A stretch of 64,000 nucleotides of DNA from Bacteroidales bacterium (GCA_045627865.1 JAZQOK010000028.1:33653-97652), one strand, 5' to 3'; numbered from the stretch's first letter, positions 11,393 to 21,893 are shown. Notes: generated from the letters alone by a model not told the origin. Numbers and translations are program-made.

Positions 11393-11495
11393 TCTGAACG
11401 AAAACATCCCCCGTTTCGACAAATTATTGAACAATTATTCTTTCATTTCAAAAAAAATACGTATTTTCGCCCACAAAACAAATAAAAAGTAAATA

Positions 11496-12752
11496 ATGGC
11501 AAGAGTTTTATTGATCGGTTGCGGCGGTGTAGGTACCGTCTGCGCCCACAAGTTGGCCCAAAATGCCGACATCTTCACCGACATCTGTATCGCCAGCCGT
11601 ACCAAGGCTAAGTGCGACGCTACTGCTGAGGCTATCCGCAAGCGTCTCTACACCAAGAATGGCAAGAGTGCAAACATCACCACTGCAGCCGTCGATGCAG
11701 ACGACGTTCCAGCATTGGTTAAGCTGATGAAGGAGTTCAAGCCTGAACTCTGTATCAACCTCGCTTTGCCATACCAGGACCTCACCATCATGGATGCTTG
11801 TCTGGAAGCTGGTGTCAACTACATGGATACCGCTAACTACGAGCCTAAGGATGAGGCTCACTTCGAGTACTCATGGCAGTGGGCTTACCGCGAGCGTTTC
11901 GAGAAGGCTGGTCTTTGCGCAATCCTCGGTTGCGGTTTCGACCCAGGTGTTACCAGCGTTTATACCGCCTATGCTGCTAAGCATCACTTCAAGGAGATCC
12001 AGTATCTGGATATCGTTGACTGCAATGCCGGCAATCACCACAAGGCATTCGCTACCAACTTCAACCCAGAAATCAACATCCGCGAGATTACCCAGAAGGG
12101 TCTCTACTATCAGGATGGCAAGTATATCGAGACTGAACCAATGGAGATCCACCAGCCGCTGACCTACCCAGGCATCGGTCCTAAGGAGTCTTATCTGCTC
12201 CACCACGAGGAGATCGAGTCGTTGGTAATCAACTATCCTACCATCAAGCGTGCCCGCTTCTGGATGACCTTCGGCCAGCAGTACCTCAACTATCTGGACG
12301 TTATCCAGAACATCGGTATGTCACGTATCGACGAGATTGAGTACACTGCACCTCTGGCTGACGGCAGCGGCAAGATGGCTACTGTCAAGATCGTGCCTCT
12401 GCAGTTCCTCAAGATGACTTTGCCTAATCCAAAGGATCTGGGCGAGAACTACGAGGGCCAGACCTCAATCGGTTGCCGTATCCGTGGTATTGGCAACGAT
12501 GGCAAGGAGCATACCTACTATGTCTATAACAACTGCTCGCACCGCGATGCTTACCTCGAGACCGGTATGCAGGGCGTAAGCTACACCACTGGCGTTCCTG
12601 CCATGATCGGTGCTATGATGTTCCTCACCGGCAAGTGGAGCAAGCCAGGCGTTCACAATGTAGAGGAGTTCGATCCAGATCCATTCATGGAACAGCTCAA
12701 CATCCAGGGTCTGCCTTGGCATGAGATTCATGACGGAGACCTGGAGCTCTGA
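11496..12752 (+). CDS. Saccharopine dehydrogenase family protein (carboxy(nor)spermidine dehydrogenase-like)
   Basis: GCGGVG Rossmann motif, NLALPYQDLTIMDAC, DTANYEP, GFDPG, FATNFNPEINIRE, VSYTTGVPA. Confidence 0.9.
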   Translation: MARVLLIGCGGVGTVCAHKLAQNADIFTDICIASRTKAKCDATAEAIRKRLYTKNGKSANITTAAVDADDVPALVKLMKEFKPELCINLALPYQDLTIMDACLEAGVNYMDTANYEPKDEAHFEYSWQWAYRERFEKAGLCAILGCGFDPGVTSVYTAYAAKHHFKEIQYLDIVDCNAGNHHKAFATNFNPEINIREITQKGLYYQDGKYIETEPMEIHQPLTYPGIGPKESYLLHHEEIESLVINYPTIKRARFWMTFGQQYLNYLDVIQNIGMSRIDEIEYTAPLADGSGKMATVKIVPLQFLKMTLPNPKDLGENYEGQTSIGCRIRGIGNDGKEHTYYVYNNCSHRDAYLETGMQGVSYTTGVPAMIGAMMFLTGKWSKPGVHNVEEFDPDPFMEQLNIQGLPWHEIHDGDLEL

Positions 12753-12774
12753 TAACTATCGCTTCGAAATAAAG

Positions 12775-12804
12775 AAAAAGGCCATCCTTCCGGGTGGCCT
12801 TTTT
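12775..12804. terminator. Bidirectional intrinsic terminator
   Basis: AAAAAGGCCATCC-ttcc-GGGTGGCCTTTTT between convergent genes. Confidence 0.85.
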
Positions 12805-12835
12805 CGTATCTATTGAAAAAAGAATCAACTCATTT

Positions 12836-13426
12836 TTACTGTCCGATCTGCGAACGGAACTCGGATACCGACATACCGGTTACACCGCGGAACTGACGGT
12901 TGAAGACGACAGGATTCAGGACTCCGACCTTGACGCAGAGATCACGGACAGGAATCTTGGGTGTCTGCTGCAGAATATTGATGGCCATCTTGACGCGATA
13001 TTCGGCCAACCAGGTGGTAAAACTCTTGCCATGGGCATTGATAGCACCCGACACATACGAGATATTGCTGAACATAGCCTTGGAGAGCATATTGCGATCG
13101 AAGTCAGGATCGGTAAATGGCTCTTTCTCTTTCATGTAGGCCTCCATGCGTTCCCACAACTTCTCGCGGGCCTCTTCGAGCACAATGCGTTTGTTGGATG
13201 GATCTTTTCCATCATCGGTACCATCGGCAGAATCATCCTGTGTTTCGTCTGATTCGGCAGGAATAGGCTCCTCTTTCGGACCTTCGAGTGCCGTCTTACC
13301 TACCGCCAGACGGTAAAGAATCCGGCGACGACGACGGCGATGCACACCATTGAGGTGCAGGAGAACGAGCACCAGCACAACAAGGACAATTAATACAGCA
13401 ATGTGAATCCAGTTAGAAATAGTCAT
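12836..13426 (-). CDS. Membrane-anchored AraC-family HTH regulator
   Basis: N-terminal TM plus poly-Arg; C-terminal SFTTWLAEYRV...VGVLNPVVFNRQFRGVTGMS. Confidence 0.8.
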   Translation of the reverse strand: MTISNWIHIAVLIVLVVLVLVLLHLNGVHRRRRRRILYRLAVGKTALEGPKEEPIPAESDETQDDSADGTDDGKDPSNKRIVLEEAREKLWERMEAYMKEKEPFTDPDFDRNMLSKAMFSNISYVSGAINAHGKSFTTWLAEYRVKMAINILQQTPKIPVRDLCVKVGVLNPVVFNRQFRGVTGMSVSEFRSQIGQ

Positions 13427-13456
13427 AATCTTTAGATATTAGGCAGTATAGTATTA

Positions 13457-14884
13457 TTAATAACGTTCTATTCGGGAGGCGTCCAGCTTCAACAGGATGA
13501 ACAGCAGAATGGTGAATGACCAAAGTCCGGAACCACCATAGCTGAAGAATGGAAGCGGGATACCAATGACTGGCATCAGTCCAATCACCATGCCGACATT
13601 GATGACGACGTGAAAGAAGAAGATGCAAGCCACACAATAGGCATAAACCTGCGCGAAGACAGTTCGTTGTCGCTCGGCAAGGTAGATGATACGCAGGATG
13701 AAGACCAGATAGAGCAACAGGATTCCGGAACTGCCCAGGAAGCCATACTCCTCGCCTATGGTACAGAAGATGAAGTCGGTCTCCTGCTCCGGTACGTAGG
13801 CAAGCTTGGTCTGCGTTCCCTGCAGATATCCTTTGCCGGTCAAGCCACCTGAACCGATGGCAATCTTGGCCTGATTGACGTTGTAGCCTGCACCCTTCAG
13901 ATCCTCCTTGAGGCCAAGCAGGACCTCAATACGGCCGCGCTGGTGATCCTGCAGGATATGATTGAAGGCATAATCGACAGAATAATGTCCGAGTACGAAC
14001 ATGGCACCAAAACCAGCAATAATCAGATACTTCTTGCTACGCTCGTATAGGGTCAGCCAAAGCAGATACAGCAAGGTTGCTCCAATATTTATGAATCCGA
14101 AGATGCGATAGGTTAGATGATTGAGGATGAAGTCTGGCAGAAAGGGCCATCGATGCAGAGCATAATAAATCAGATCCATAGCCAGCACAAAACCTAGCAT
14201 CCAGAGACCGTTCTGCTTGTCGTTGGAGAAGAAGAACACCATGGCAATCACCATGAACGGAATGAGCAGAAGGATCAGTTTTTCGCCATAAATCAGACCC
14301 AGCACGAAGATAGCGACGAAGCAGGTTCCTACCCAGAGTACGACGCCCGACATGCCCATGCGGTAGAAGAGCAGGATCATGGAGAAATAGACCAACGCAG
14401 AACCTGTCTCGTTCTGCAGGATGATCAGACCTACCGGGATCAGCAGGACCACACAAGCCTTGAGGAAGTCAGATGACTCGGTGAACTTGAATCCATACTG
14501 ACTGAATAACCATGCGAGCATCAGCGAGGTACTGAACTTACCGAACTCTGCCGGCTGGATGCTGAATGGACCGATCTTGATCCAAGAGTGCGAACCATTG
14601 ATGTTCGTACCTATAAATATAGTAATGAACAGCAACGCCATGATGCCCAGATAGAGCAAGGGCGCTATGCCGACATAGGTCTTGGAATCGATGCAGAGGA
14701 TGATGATAATCAAAAAGATAGCCAGACCGAACCAAACGCACTGTTTGCCGGATGGACGAGCAAAGTCAAAGATACTGGCACCATCGAAGTTATAGCTGGC
14801 AGCATTGATGGTGAACCATCCAATGACAACCAATGCTATATACATCAGCAAGGTAAACCAATCAAAAGACTTTATGAAGCTCAT
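13457..14884 (-). CDS. rodA: Rod shape-determining SEDS protein RodA
   Basis: IQPAEFGK, GYNVNQAKIAIGSGG, VPEQETDFIF, GIPLPFFSYGGS. Confidence 0.96.
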   Translation of the reverse strand: MSFIKSFDWFTLLMYIALVVIGWFTINAASYNFDGASIFDFARPSGKQCVWFGLAIFLIIIILCIDSKTYVGIAPLLYLGIMALLFITIFIGTNINGSHSWIKIGPFSIQPAEFGKFSTSLMLAWLFSQYGFKFTESSDFLKACVVLLIPVGLIILQNETGSALVYFSMILLFYRMGMSGVVLWVGTCFVAIFVLGLIYGEKLILLLIPFMVIAMVFFFSNDKQNGLWMLGFVLAMDLIYYALHRWPFLPDFILNHLTYRIFGFINIGATLLYLLWLTLYERSKKYLIIAGFGAMFVLGHYSVDYAFNHILQDHQRGRIEVLLGLKEDLKGAGYNVNQAKIAIGSGGLTGKGYLQGTQTKLAYVPEQETDFIFCTIGEEYGFLGSSGILLLYLVFILRIIYLAERQRTVFAQVYAYCVACIFFFHVVINVGMVIGLMPVIGIPLPFFSYGGSGLWSFTILLFILLKLDASRIERY

Positions 14885-14902
14885 TTCTTTTTAACTATCT
14901 AT

Positions 14903-16789
14903 TTATTTTGTTTCGTAACTATCCATATATTTCATCGTCGATGAGGTAAGCATCTTCTCTTCAAGATACTTGCGTCGGACGGAAATGGTGTCGTTGAGAT
15001 ATTTCTCGATGACCAAGGTGCCGATAGGAACGCCATAGGTGGCACCAAAACCGGCATTCTCGACGTAGCAGCAGACGGCAATCTTCGGATCATCCTTAGG
15101 TGCAAAGCCCATGAAGACGGAGTGGTCATGTCCATGAGGGTTCTGGGCGGTACCGGTCTTGCCACAGAGTTCGATGCCTTCGGGATCCATATTACCGGTA
15201 TGTCGGACAGTACCCATGACGGCTGCCTGTCGCATGCCTTCGACCACCAGATCATAATAGCGCTTCTCGACCAGAGTCTTGTGCGGATGGAGGAAGGTGT
15301 CTGGTATCTGCTCGATGTCGGAGATGGACTTGACTACGTGCGGAATATAGTAGAAGCCGCGGTTGGCGATCGTTGCAGCCAGATTGGCAATCTGCAACGG
15401 TGTGGCCAGAATCTCACCCTGTCCGATGGAGATGGAGATGATGTTGACGGCATTCCAGTTGTCGGTTCCGAAGTTGCGGGAGTAATAGTTTCGGTTCGGA
15501 ATGAAGCCTCGCACCTCGCCCGGCAAGTCGATGCCTAAACGATAACCGTAACCCATGCTGACCATATAATCCTTCCAGGTATCGAAGGCTTCCGGCACGG
15601 ACTTGAACTTCTTCTTGTTGTTCAGGATATTGTACAGACACCATCCGAAGTATCCGTTGCACGAAGTGGCGATGGCGGGAACGATGGTCCATGCGGTAGT
15701 TCCATCGTGACATCCCATCTTGAAGTTACCATAGCGGAAACCGCCGGCACAATGCAGATAGGTATGCTCGGTAATGACGCCTTCCTGCAGACCAATCAGT
15801 CCCTGTGTGGGCTTGAAGGTAGATCCAGGTGGCTGTGGCGAGGCAATGGCACGATTGAAGAGTGGCTTGTACAGATTGGCCATCAGATCGGCATAGTTGC
15901 GAGCACGGTCATGTCCGACGAGCAGACGAGGATCGAAACTCGGACTGGATACCATGGCCAGCACTTCGCCCGTCGAGGGTTCGATGGCTACCAGAGCTCC
16001 GACCTTGTCAACGAAGAGCGACTCGGCATACTGCTGCAACGCCATATCGATGGAGAGGGTCAGATCATGTCCTGCCTCTGGAGCAACGTCGAAACGACCA
16101 TCTTCGTATTTGCCCTGTATTCGTCCATGGGCATCGCGCAGGTTGATGGCTTTACCTTTTCGTCCTCGCAGATATTCCTCGTAACTCTTCTCGATACCGA
16201 AATCACCGACCAGGTCGCCGCGCTGATAGATCTCAGGATTCTTGTCGACCTCTCGCTTGTTGGCTTCGCGTACACTGCCTAACAACAGCGCAGCAGCCGA
16301 ATACTTGTACTGACGGATGGTTCGTGATCGGAGTTCGAACGCCGGGAAACGATACAACGCCTCCTGGATACGAGCATAGGTCTGTCCGGTCAACTGGGTC
16401 GAGAACACCTGCGGAGTGAAGGGACTGTAACCTGGGTTCTTTCCGTAGTTACGGATATCCTTCATTCGCTTGTCGAAAGCTTCGCGAGTAATGCCTAAGG
16501 TATTGCAGAAATCGAGGGTATCCATGCCAAGACGCTTCAACGTACGAGTGGTAACCAACAGGTCGTAAGCGGACTGGTTATATACAAGCTCGCGTCCCTT
16601 GCGATCATATATGATGCCTCGCGAGGGATATATAGTTTGTGTCTGGAAAGCGTTGTCATTCGCCATAATCTTATACTTGTCCTCGACCACCTGTAGGTTG
16701 AACAATCGGACAATATAAATAATTATAACGATGATGACCAATGCACCGATCACAAAGCGTCTGTTGTCGAGTTTGTAGTCGTGCTGCAT
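14903..16789 (-). CDS. mrdA: Penicillin-binding protein 2
   Basis: PGSTFK, SCN and GKTGTAQN motifs; position in the mre operon. Confidence 0.95.
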   Translation of the reverse strand: MQHDYKLDNRRFVIGALVIIVIIIYIVRLFNLQVVEDKYKIMANDNAFQTQTIYPSRGIIYDRKGRELVYNQSAYDLLVTTRTLKRLGMDTLDFCNTLGITREAFDKRMKDIRNYGKNPGYSPFTPQVFSTQLTGQTYARIQEALYRFPAFELRSRTIRQYKYSAAALLLGSVREANKREVDKNPEIYQRGDLVGDFGIEKSYEEYLRGRKGKAINLRDAHGRIQGKYEDGRFDVAPEAGHDLTLSIDMALQQYAESLFVDKVGALVAIEPSTGEVLAMVSSPSFDPRLLVGHDRARNYADLMANLYKPLFNRAIASPQPPGSTFKPTQGLIGLQEGVITEHTYLHCAGGFRYGNFKMGCHDGTTAWTIVPAIATSCNGYFGWCLYNILNNKKKFKSVPEAFDTWKDYMVSMGYGYRLGIDLPGEVRGFIPNRNYYSRNFGTDNWNAVNIISISIGQGEILATPLQIANLAATIANRGFYYIPHVVKSISDIEQIPDTFLHPHKTLVEKRYYDLVVEGMRQAAVMGTVRHTGNMDPEGIELCGKTGTAQNPHGHDHSVFMGFAPKDDPKIAVCCYVENAGFGATYGVPIGTLVIEKYLNDTISVRRKYLEEKMLTSSTMKYMDSYETK

Positions 16790-16812
16790 GGATTGTACCG
16801 GACTTGGAGTTA

Positions 16813-17307
16813 TTACTTGGTGTCGTTAGCTATCTCTGTCACTAACAGAACGCAGAAGGACAGAATGAAAGTAACGATGATCTTGAGTAGCAGATTGAAG
16901 AAGTTGAATACCGTGAAGGCCTCCAACGAATAGAGTAACACACTGTGAATGGCCAGCAATATAGCCATGAAACGTGTGAAGATCGAGAAGCCCAGACGAT
17001 GATAGGTAGGGCAACCGTTCTTGATATCGTCTGAGACGACGAACATGTGAAGCATCGGCAAACGAAGCCACATGGTGGTACAGCATACGAATGCATGCAG
17101 ACCTGGGGTGTTGCAGAAGATGTCGACAAGCAAACCCACCAGGAAGCCTGCCAATATCTGCACACTTCGATTCCACTCAACCGGCATACGGAAGATCATG
17201 TAAAGATACATCAATACAATACCTCCGCCCAATGACAAATGGTTGAAGAGCAGAACCTGAAGAGCCAGGCCCAAGATAATCCAGAACAAAGAAATCAGAA
17301 TTGGCAT
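16813..17307 (-). CDS. mreD: Rod shape-determining protein MreD
   Basis: Hydrophobic, GLLVDIFCNTPGLHA; lies between mreC and mrdA. Confidence 0.88.
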   Translation of the reverse strand: MPILISLFWIILGLALQVLLFNHLSLGGGIVLMYLYMIFRMPVEWNRSVQILAGFLVGLLVDIFCNTPGLHAFVCCTTMWLRLPMLHMFVVSDDIKNGCPTYHRLGFSIFTRFMAILLAIHSVLLYSLEAFTVFNFFNLLLKIIVTFILSFCVLLVTEIANDTK

Positions 17308-18095
17308 GGCTCGTTATTTTTGATTACAAAAACATCTTTGATGCGCTCAAAGTGAACTGAGAGCGAAATCTTGAAGGTCAGGAAGTTATTATCCTGTGCT
17401 GGCGATGACTCGATGATGGTACCAACGGGAATACCGCGTGGGAAGGATCCACCATAACCGGATGTGATGACGGTATCTCCAATCTGGAAGGGGACATTGC
17501 GAGGAACATCGTTCAGGACGGCAAACGCCGGACTATCACCTTCCCAAGTTACACTGCCGGCTGCCTCCGATGACTGGATGCATGACGACAGACTGAACTT
17601 TGGATTCAGAATACTGATGACCTGTGCAAAGTGACTACCAACCTTCGATACCTGTCCGATCGCACCATTCTGGTCGGCAACTGCCATACCTACGGCAATT
17701 CCATCTTCAGAACCCTTGTTGAGAATCAGATAATTCTCGGCCTGTGTAATGGTATTGTCTATGACATGGGCAACGACAAAGGTATATGGACGATTCGAAT
17801 GGAGCACAGAATCAACATCGGCTTTCGCCTGCAACTCCTGACGAAGACGAAAGTTCTCCTCCTCGATCTTGGCCATCTGCTCCAAAAGTTCACTATTTAC
17901 CTTACGCAGACCGAAATAGCCAGAAATACCATCGGAGAGAGTATGTACTCCGCCAGACACAATATTCGCGCCACCGAACCACACACTCCGATGATACGGA
18001 TTCGTGTGGCACAGCAGCAGAATACTGAGTATTACCAAAACGAGCCATGTGAAGAATGGCCCGTTCTTGGCAAAAAAGCGGAGTATCAGATCCAT
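17295..18095 (-). CDS. mreC: Rod shape-determining protein MreC
   Basis: TM, coiled coil, LNKGSEDGI, GDTVITSGYGGSFPRGIPVG. Confidence 0.93.
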   Translation of the reverse strand: MDLILRFFAKNGPFFTWLVLVILSILLLCHTNPYHRSVWFGGANIVSGGVHTLSDGISGYFGLRKVNSELLEQMAKIEEENFRLRQELQAKADVDSVLHSNRPYTFVVAHVIDNTITQAENYLILNKGSEDGIAVGMAVADQNGAIGQVSKVGSHFAQVISILNPKFSLSSCIQSSEAAGSVTWEGDSPAFAVLNDVPRNVPFQIGDTVITSGYGGSFPRGIPVGTIIESSPAQDNNFLTFKISLSVHFERIKDVFVIKNNEPCQF

Positions 18096-18098
18096 GGA

Positions 18099-19118
18099 TT
18101 ATCGCAACAAGAATGGATATTCAGTTACATGCTTAAGTGCGATACCTGTACCCTTTGCCACTGAAAGCAATGGATCATCTGCCACATGGAATTTGATGCC
18201 AATCTTATCCTGAAGACGCTTGTCAAGACCACGGAGCAATGCACCACCACCAGTCAACCAGATACCGTTACGTACGATATCGGCATACAACTCTGGTGGA
18301 GTCTCCTCGAGACCCTTGAGTACAGCAGCCTCAATTTTCGAGATTGATTTCTCAATACAGTGGGCAATTTCCTGATAGCTGACAGGTACCTCCATAGGGA
18401 GAGCGGTCATCTGGTTAGGACCACGTACAATGAAATCCTCTGGTGGATTATCCAAGACAGTCAATGCAGAACCTACATTGATCTTGATCTGCTCTGCAGT
18501 TGGCATACCAACACGGATGTTATGCTGACGACGCATATAGTCCATAATATCCTGTGTCAAGTCATTACCTGCCACACGGATAGAGTTGTTGGTGACAAGG
18601 CCACCCAAAGAGATGACTGCGATCTCGGAAGAACCACCACCGATATCTACAACCATGTTACCCTCTGGTGCGAGTACATCCATACCGATACCAATAGCAG
18701 CAGCCATTGGCTCGTACAGCATATAGACATCCTTGCCGCCAGCGTGCTCACTTGAGTCGCGGACAGCTCGGATCTCAACTTCGGTAGAGCCCGAAGGAAT
18801 ACCCACTACCATGCGAAGCTGTGGACTAAAGAAGTGATGACCACCAAAGGCCATCTTAATCATACCACGGATCATCTGCTCAGCAGCATAGAAGTCGGCG
18901 ATAACGCCATCTCGCAATGGTCGAACAGTCTTGATTCCGTCTGGGGTTCTACCCTCCATCATCTGAGCCTTGTGTCCGACAGCAATCAACTTGCCATCAC
19001 GTGACTCCAAAGCTACAATCGAGGGAGCATTGACAACGATTTTGCCATTATGGATGATGACTGTATTGGCCGTTCCAAGGTCAATAGCCACATCCTGGGT
19101 GAGCTTAAAGAATGCCAT
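18099..19118 (-). CDS. mreB: Rod shape-determining actin MreB
   Basis: IDLGTANT, RPLRDGVIADF, EPMAAAIG, VDIGGG, LTGGGALL. Confidence 0.97.
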   Translation of the reverse strand: MAFFKLTQDVAIDLGTANTVIIHNGKIVVNAPSIVALESRDGKLIAVGHKAQMMEGRTPDGIKTVRPLRDGVIADFYAAEQMIRGMIKMAFGGHHFFSPQLRMVVGIPSGSTEVEIRAVRDSSEHAGGKDVYMLYEPMAAAIGIGMDVLAPEGNMVVDIGGGSSEIAVISLGGLVTNNSIRVAGNDLTQDIMDYMRRQHNIRVGMPTAEQIKINVGSALTVLDNPPEDFIVRGPNQMTALPMEVPVSYQEIAHCIEKSISKIEAAVLKGLEETPPELYADIVRNGIWLTGGGALLRGLDKRLQDKIGIKFHVADDPLLSVAKGTGIALKHVTEYPFLLR

Positions 19119-19164
19119 TCTAAAAAAGGTTAAGGGTTAACGGTTAAGGGTTAACGGGAATGGC

Positions 19165-19764
19165 TTACTTCTGAGACTCAAACCAAGCATGAATGGCGGT
19201 ATCGTAATGAGAAGAAACACCGAAAGCCTGCTCTGCAAATGAGATACGATCCTCGTAGTCACTTACAGCGCCCTTCTTGTTTAACATCTCAGACAACTGC
19301 TGATACTGAGCCTTGCTGGCAACAATAATAACATCCTTGAAGTTCTTGGCAGCAGCACGAATCAAAGAGATGCCACCGATATCAATCTTCTCAATGATGC
19401 TCTGGAAATCAGCTCCGCTGGCTACAGTCTGCTCAAATGGATAAAGGTCGACGATCACGAGGTCGATCTCTGGAATCTCGTACTTAGCCATCTGCTCGCG
19501 GTCACCCTCATTCTCACGACGACCAAGAATACCACCGAATACCTTTGGGTGCAAAGTCTTAACGCGACCACCCAAAATGCTTGGATAGCTGGTCAAATCC
19601 TCAACAGCGTTACAAGGAACGCCAAGGCTCTCGATGAAGTTCTGTGTACCACCGGTGGAGAGAAGGGTTACTCCCTCGGCATGAAGTTTCTTGATAATCT
19701 CGTCCAAGCCATCCTTGTGGAAGACGGAAACCAGTGCGGTTTTGATTTTTTTCTGATCGCTCAT
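19165..19764 (-). CDS. purH: IMP cyclohydrolase (stand-alone N-terminal/MGS half of PurH)
   Basis: ALVSVFHKDG, STGGT, GGRVKTLHP, IDIGGISLIRAAAKN; ends at 199 aa with no AICAR transformylase domain. Confidence 0.88.
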   Translation of the reverse strand: MSDQKKIKTALVSVFHKDGLDEIIKKLHAEGVTLLSTGGTQNFIESLGVPCNAVEDLTSYPSILGGRVKTLHPKVFGGILGRRENEGDREQMAKYEIPEIDLVIVDLYPFEQTVASGADFQSIIEKIDIGGISLIRAAAKNFKDVIIVASKAQYQQLSEMLNKKGAVSDYEDRISFAEQAFGVSSHYDTAIHAWFESQK

Positions 19765-19821
19765 TGGAGTCTATTTTTTGTATTATTATTTGAAACGATT
19801 TATTGATCTCTCGTTAATAGT

Positions 19822-21741
19822 TTATTTTTCGTGTGCAAATGTACGAAAAATTTCTGAAACGCACAAATTTTTACACCCAAATTTTAAAATAAATTTTTCG
19901 TTTCCTACTTTTAATATCAAAGGCTCCTGTAAAGAAAGTGTTGATAACTCCGTTATCTCCCCCTTATTTATTGGGTGTTTAGGGCACTTTCCGAGAGCCA
20001 TTTTCAGGCAATGCTTCGTCTGCATAATAACACCCTCTGCTTTTGTTTGATTTTCAAAGGCTTGTGCAACATCTGATATACCCAAAAGACGGAAAATTTC
20101 ACGGGCATTTTTATTCAAAACATTGGCCTTAAAATCATGAGGCAAAATGGATGCCGCTTCAGCCTGTTCTACCAAAGCCTGATAATTTGGACGAACGAAC
20201 TGATTTTTGTAATCTTTGTAAGATTCTTCCCATTTTTCATCCAACAATTGCACAGCTTCTCTGCGTAATTGCGATAACATTGAACTTGGGACAAAAAACT
20301 CCTCTCCCTCCACTTTTATCGATTCAGCATAATAAAGACTATCACCTAACTTTGAGAGCTGCTTTCGGATATTCTCCCCTTGCGGTTTCTGAGCTTTTTC
20401 AAAATTTCCCGACATAGTGGCAACAACAGAACAAATCGGATCAACGCCAAATGTTGTTCGACGCTTCAACTGCAATATTATTTCCTTTTCGTTGGCTACA
20501 AAATGTAAATATAGCGGAACACGACGCTCTGCAGATGGCTTATCAAGCAATTGCTCAAAGGCAACATCGAAATTTCGGCGTACCTCCATTCCTTGTCGTA
20601 ATTGACGACAAACCTCAGGTCCACCCAATGGAAAGATACGACCATTCTCATCAATCTTATTAGCACGGAAGCCCAAGGTTCGATCACAAACCAATCCATC
20701 TCCGTTATTCAAAACGACTCTTGATCCAGCGCTTTTCAGGCGGAACCAATTATTCCCCACCTCATTCACGCACCCAATACGTTCGCCCATTGATTTTGGA
20801 GAATCAAAGTTCCACATCACCTCTCTTTCTCCATTGGCAAAATAAGAGGTAAATCCTCGATTGAACGACTTCTCAGGGTTAGGTTCAAATGTATAGATTA
20901 TTCTGTCTGGAATGTTCGCAATCCCTTCGCAATCCCTTCGTATGCCTGCAATAGCGGCATCCAACTTCTTTCGATAATAAGCCACAACATTCTTGACATA
21001 CGACTTATCCTTCAGACGACCTTCTATCTTGAAGCTCGTCACACCTGCATCGATCAAATCTGCAAGATAGTCGCTACGATTCATATCTCGCAACGACAAG
21101 AGATGCTTTTTGCTCAAAATAGTACGTCCATTCGCATCACACAAATCCATCGGCAAACGACAAGGCTGAGCACATTCTCCTCGATTGGCACTACGTCCAG
21201 TCAAAGCTGCGCTCATATAACATTGTCCGCTAATGCACACACAGAGTGCTCCATGCACAAAACACTCCAATTCCACCTCCGGAACAGCCTCATGGATGGC
21301 TCGAATCTCCTCGACCGACAATTCTCGAGCCACTACCACACGGGTAAAACCCAATTGATGCATCAGTCGGACCTTCTCGATAGTTCTATTATCGGTTTGT
21401 GTTGAGGCATGCAAAGGAATAGGTGGCATATCCAATTTCAACACACCTAAATCTTGGACAATCAAGGCATCCACCCCAGCTTCATACAATTGCCATGCCA
21501 GACGCTCCGCATCTGCCAATTCCGAATCCTTCAGTATCGTATTGAAAGCCACGATAGTACGTGATCCATATTGATGCCCAAAATGGGCCAATCTCTCAAT
21601 ATCCTCCAAGCTATTTCCAGCAGCCGCACGTGCGCCGAATCGAGGAGCTCCTATATAGACAGCATCTGCTCCGTGACGGAAAGCTTCGATACCTATCTCA
21701 GCATCTCGAGCAGGCGCCAATAATTCTAAATTTTGCATCAA
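19822..21741 (-). CDS. Peptidase U32 family protein, long form (RlhA-like rRNA hydroxylase)
   Basis: LELLAPA, GADAVYIG, HASTQ, FVHGALC..SGQC..S, NRGECAQPCR, KIEGRLK, FNRGFT. Confidence 0.88.
   Translation of the reverse strand: MMQNLELLAPARDAEIGIEAFRHGADAVYIGAPRFGARAAAGNSLEDIERLAHFGHQYGSRTIVAFNTILKDSELADAERLAWQLYEAGVDALIVQDLGVLKLDMPPIPLHASTQTDNRTIEKVRLMHQLGFTRVVVARELSVEEIRAIHEAVPEVELECFVHGALCVCISGQCYMSAALTGRSANRGECAQPCRLPMDLCDANGRTILSKKHLLSLRDMNRSDYLADLIDAGVTSFKIEGRLKDKSYVKNVVAYYRKKLDAAIAGIRRDCEGIANIPDRIIYTFEPNPEKSFNRGFTSYFANGEREVMWNFDSPKSMGERIGCVNEVGNNWFRLKSAGSRVVLNNGDGLVCDRTLGFRANKIDENGRIFPLGGPEVCRQLRQGMEVRRNFDVAFEQLLDKPSAERRVPLYLHFVANEKEIILQLKRRTTFGVDPICSVVATMSGNFEKAQKPQGENIRKQLSKLGDSLYYAESIKVEGEEFFVPSSMLSQLRREAVQLLDEKWEESYKDYKNQFVRPNYQALVEQAEAASILPHDFKANVLNKNAREIFRLLGISDVAQAFENQTKAEGVIMQTKHCLKMALGKCPKHPINKGEITELSTLSLQEPLILKVGNEKFILKFGCKNLCVSEIFRTFAHEK
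19836..19843 (-). promoter_or_regulatory. -7 promoter element (TACATTTG) for the purH-mre operon, inside the U32 3' end
   Basis: TAnnTTTG with TTTG 20 bp upstream (CAAA at 19864-19867). Confidence 0.7.
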
Positions 21742-21885
21742 AATAAAACCATTTTGTATTTATGTTATCGATTTTTCGCTTAAAAATCATTGCAAAGATA
21801 CACATTATATATAATATACGCGTAAATAACTACCAAAAACATCAATTTTTTCATTGTTTTTGCTTACCGAATAAAAAAAATTACC

Positions 21886-21893
21886 TATCTTTG
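21886..21893 (+). promoter_or_regulatory. -7 promoter element (TATCTTTG) for the pectinesterase gene; a divergent element at 21793-21800 serves U32
   Basis: TAnnTTTG consensus on both strands of an AT-rich divergent intergenic region. Confidence 0.65.

Noticed and set aside
19128..19158. Short heptamer-like runs (GGTTAAG/C; similar ones at 43531-43576 and 45496-45530)
   Set aside because: Low-complexity intergenic filler, too short to support a function
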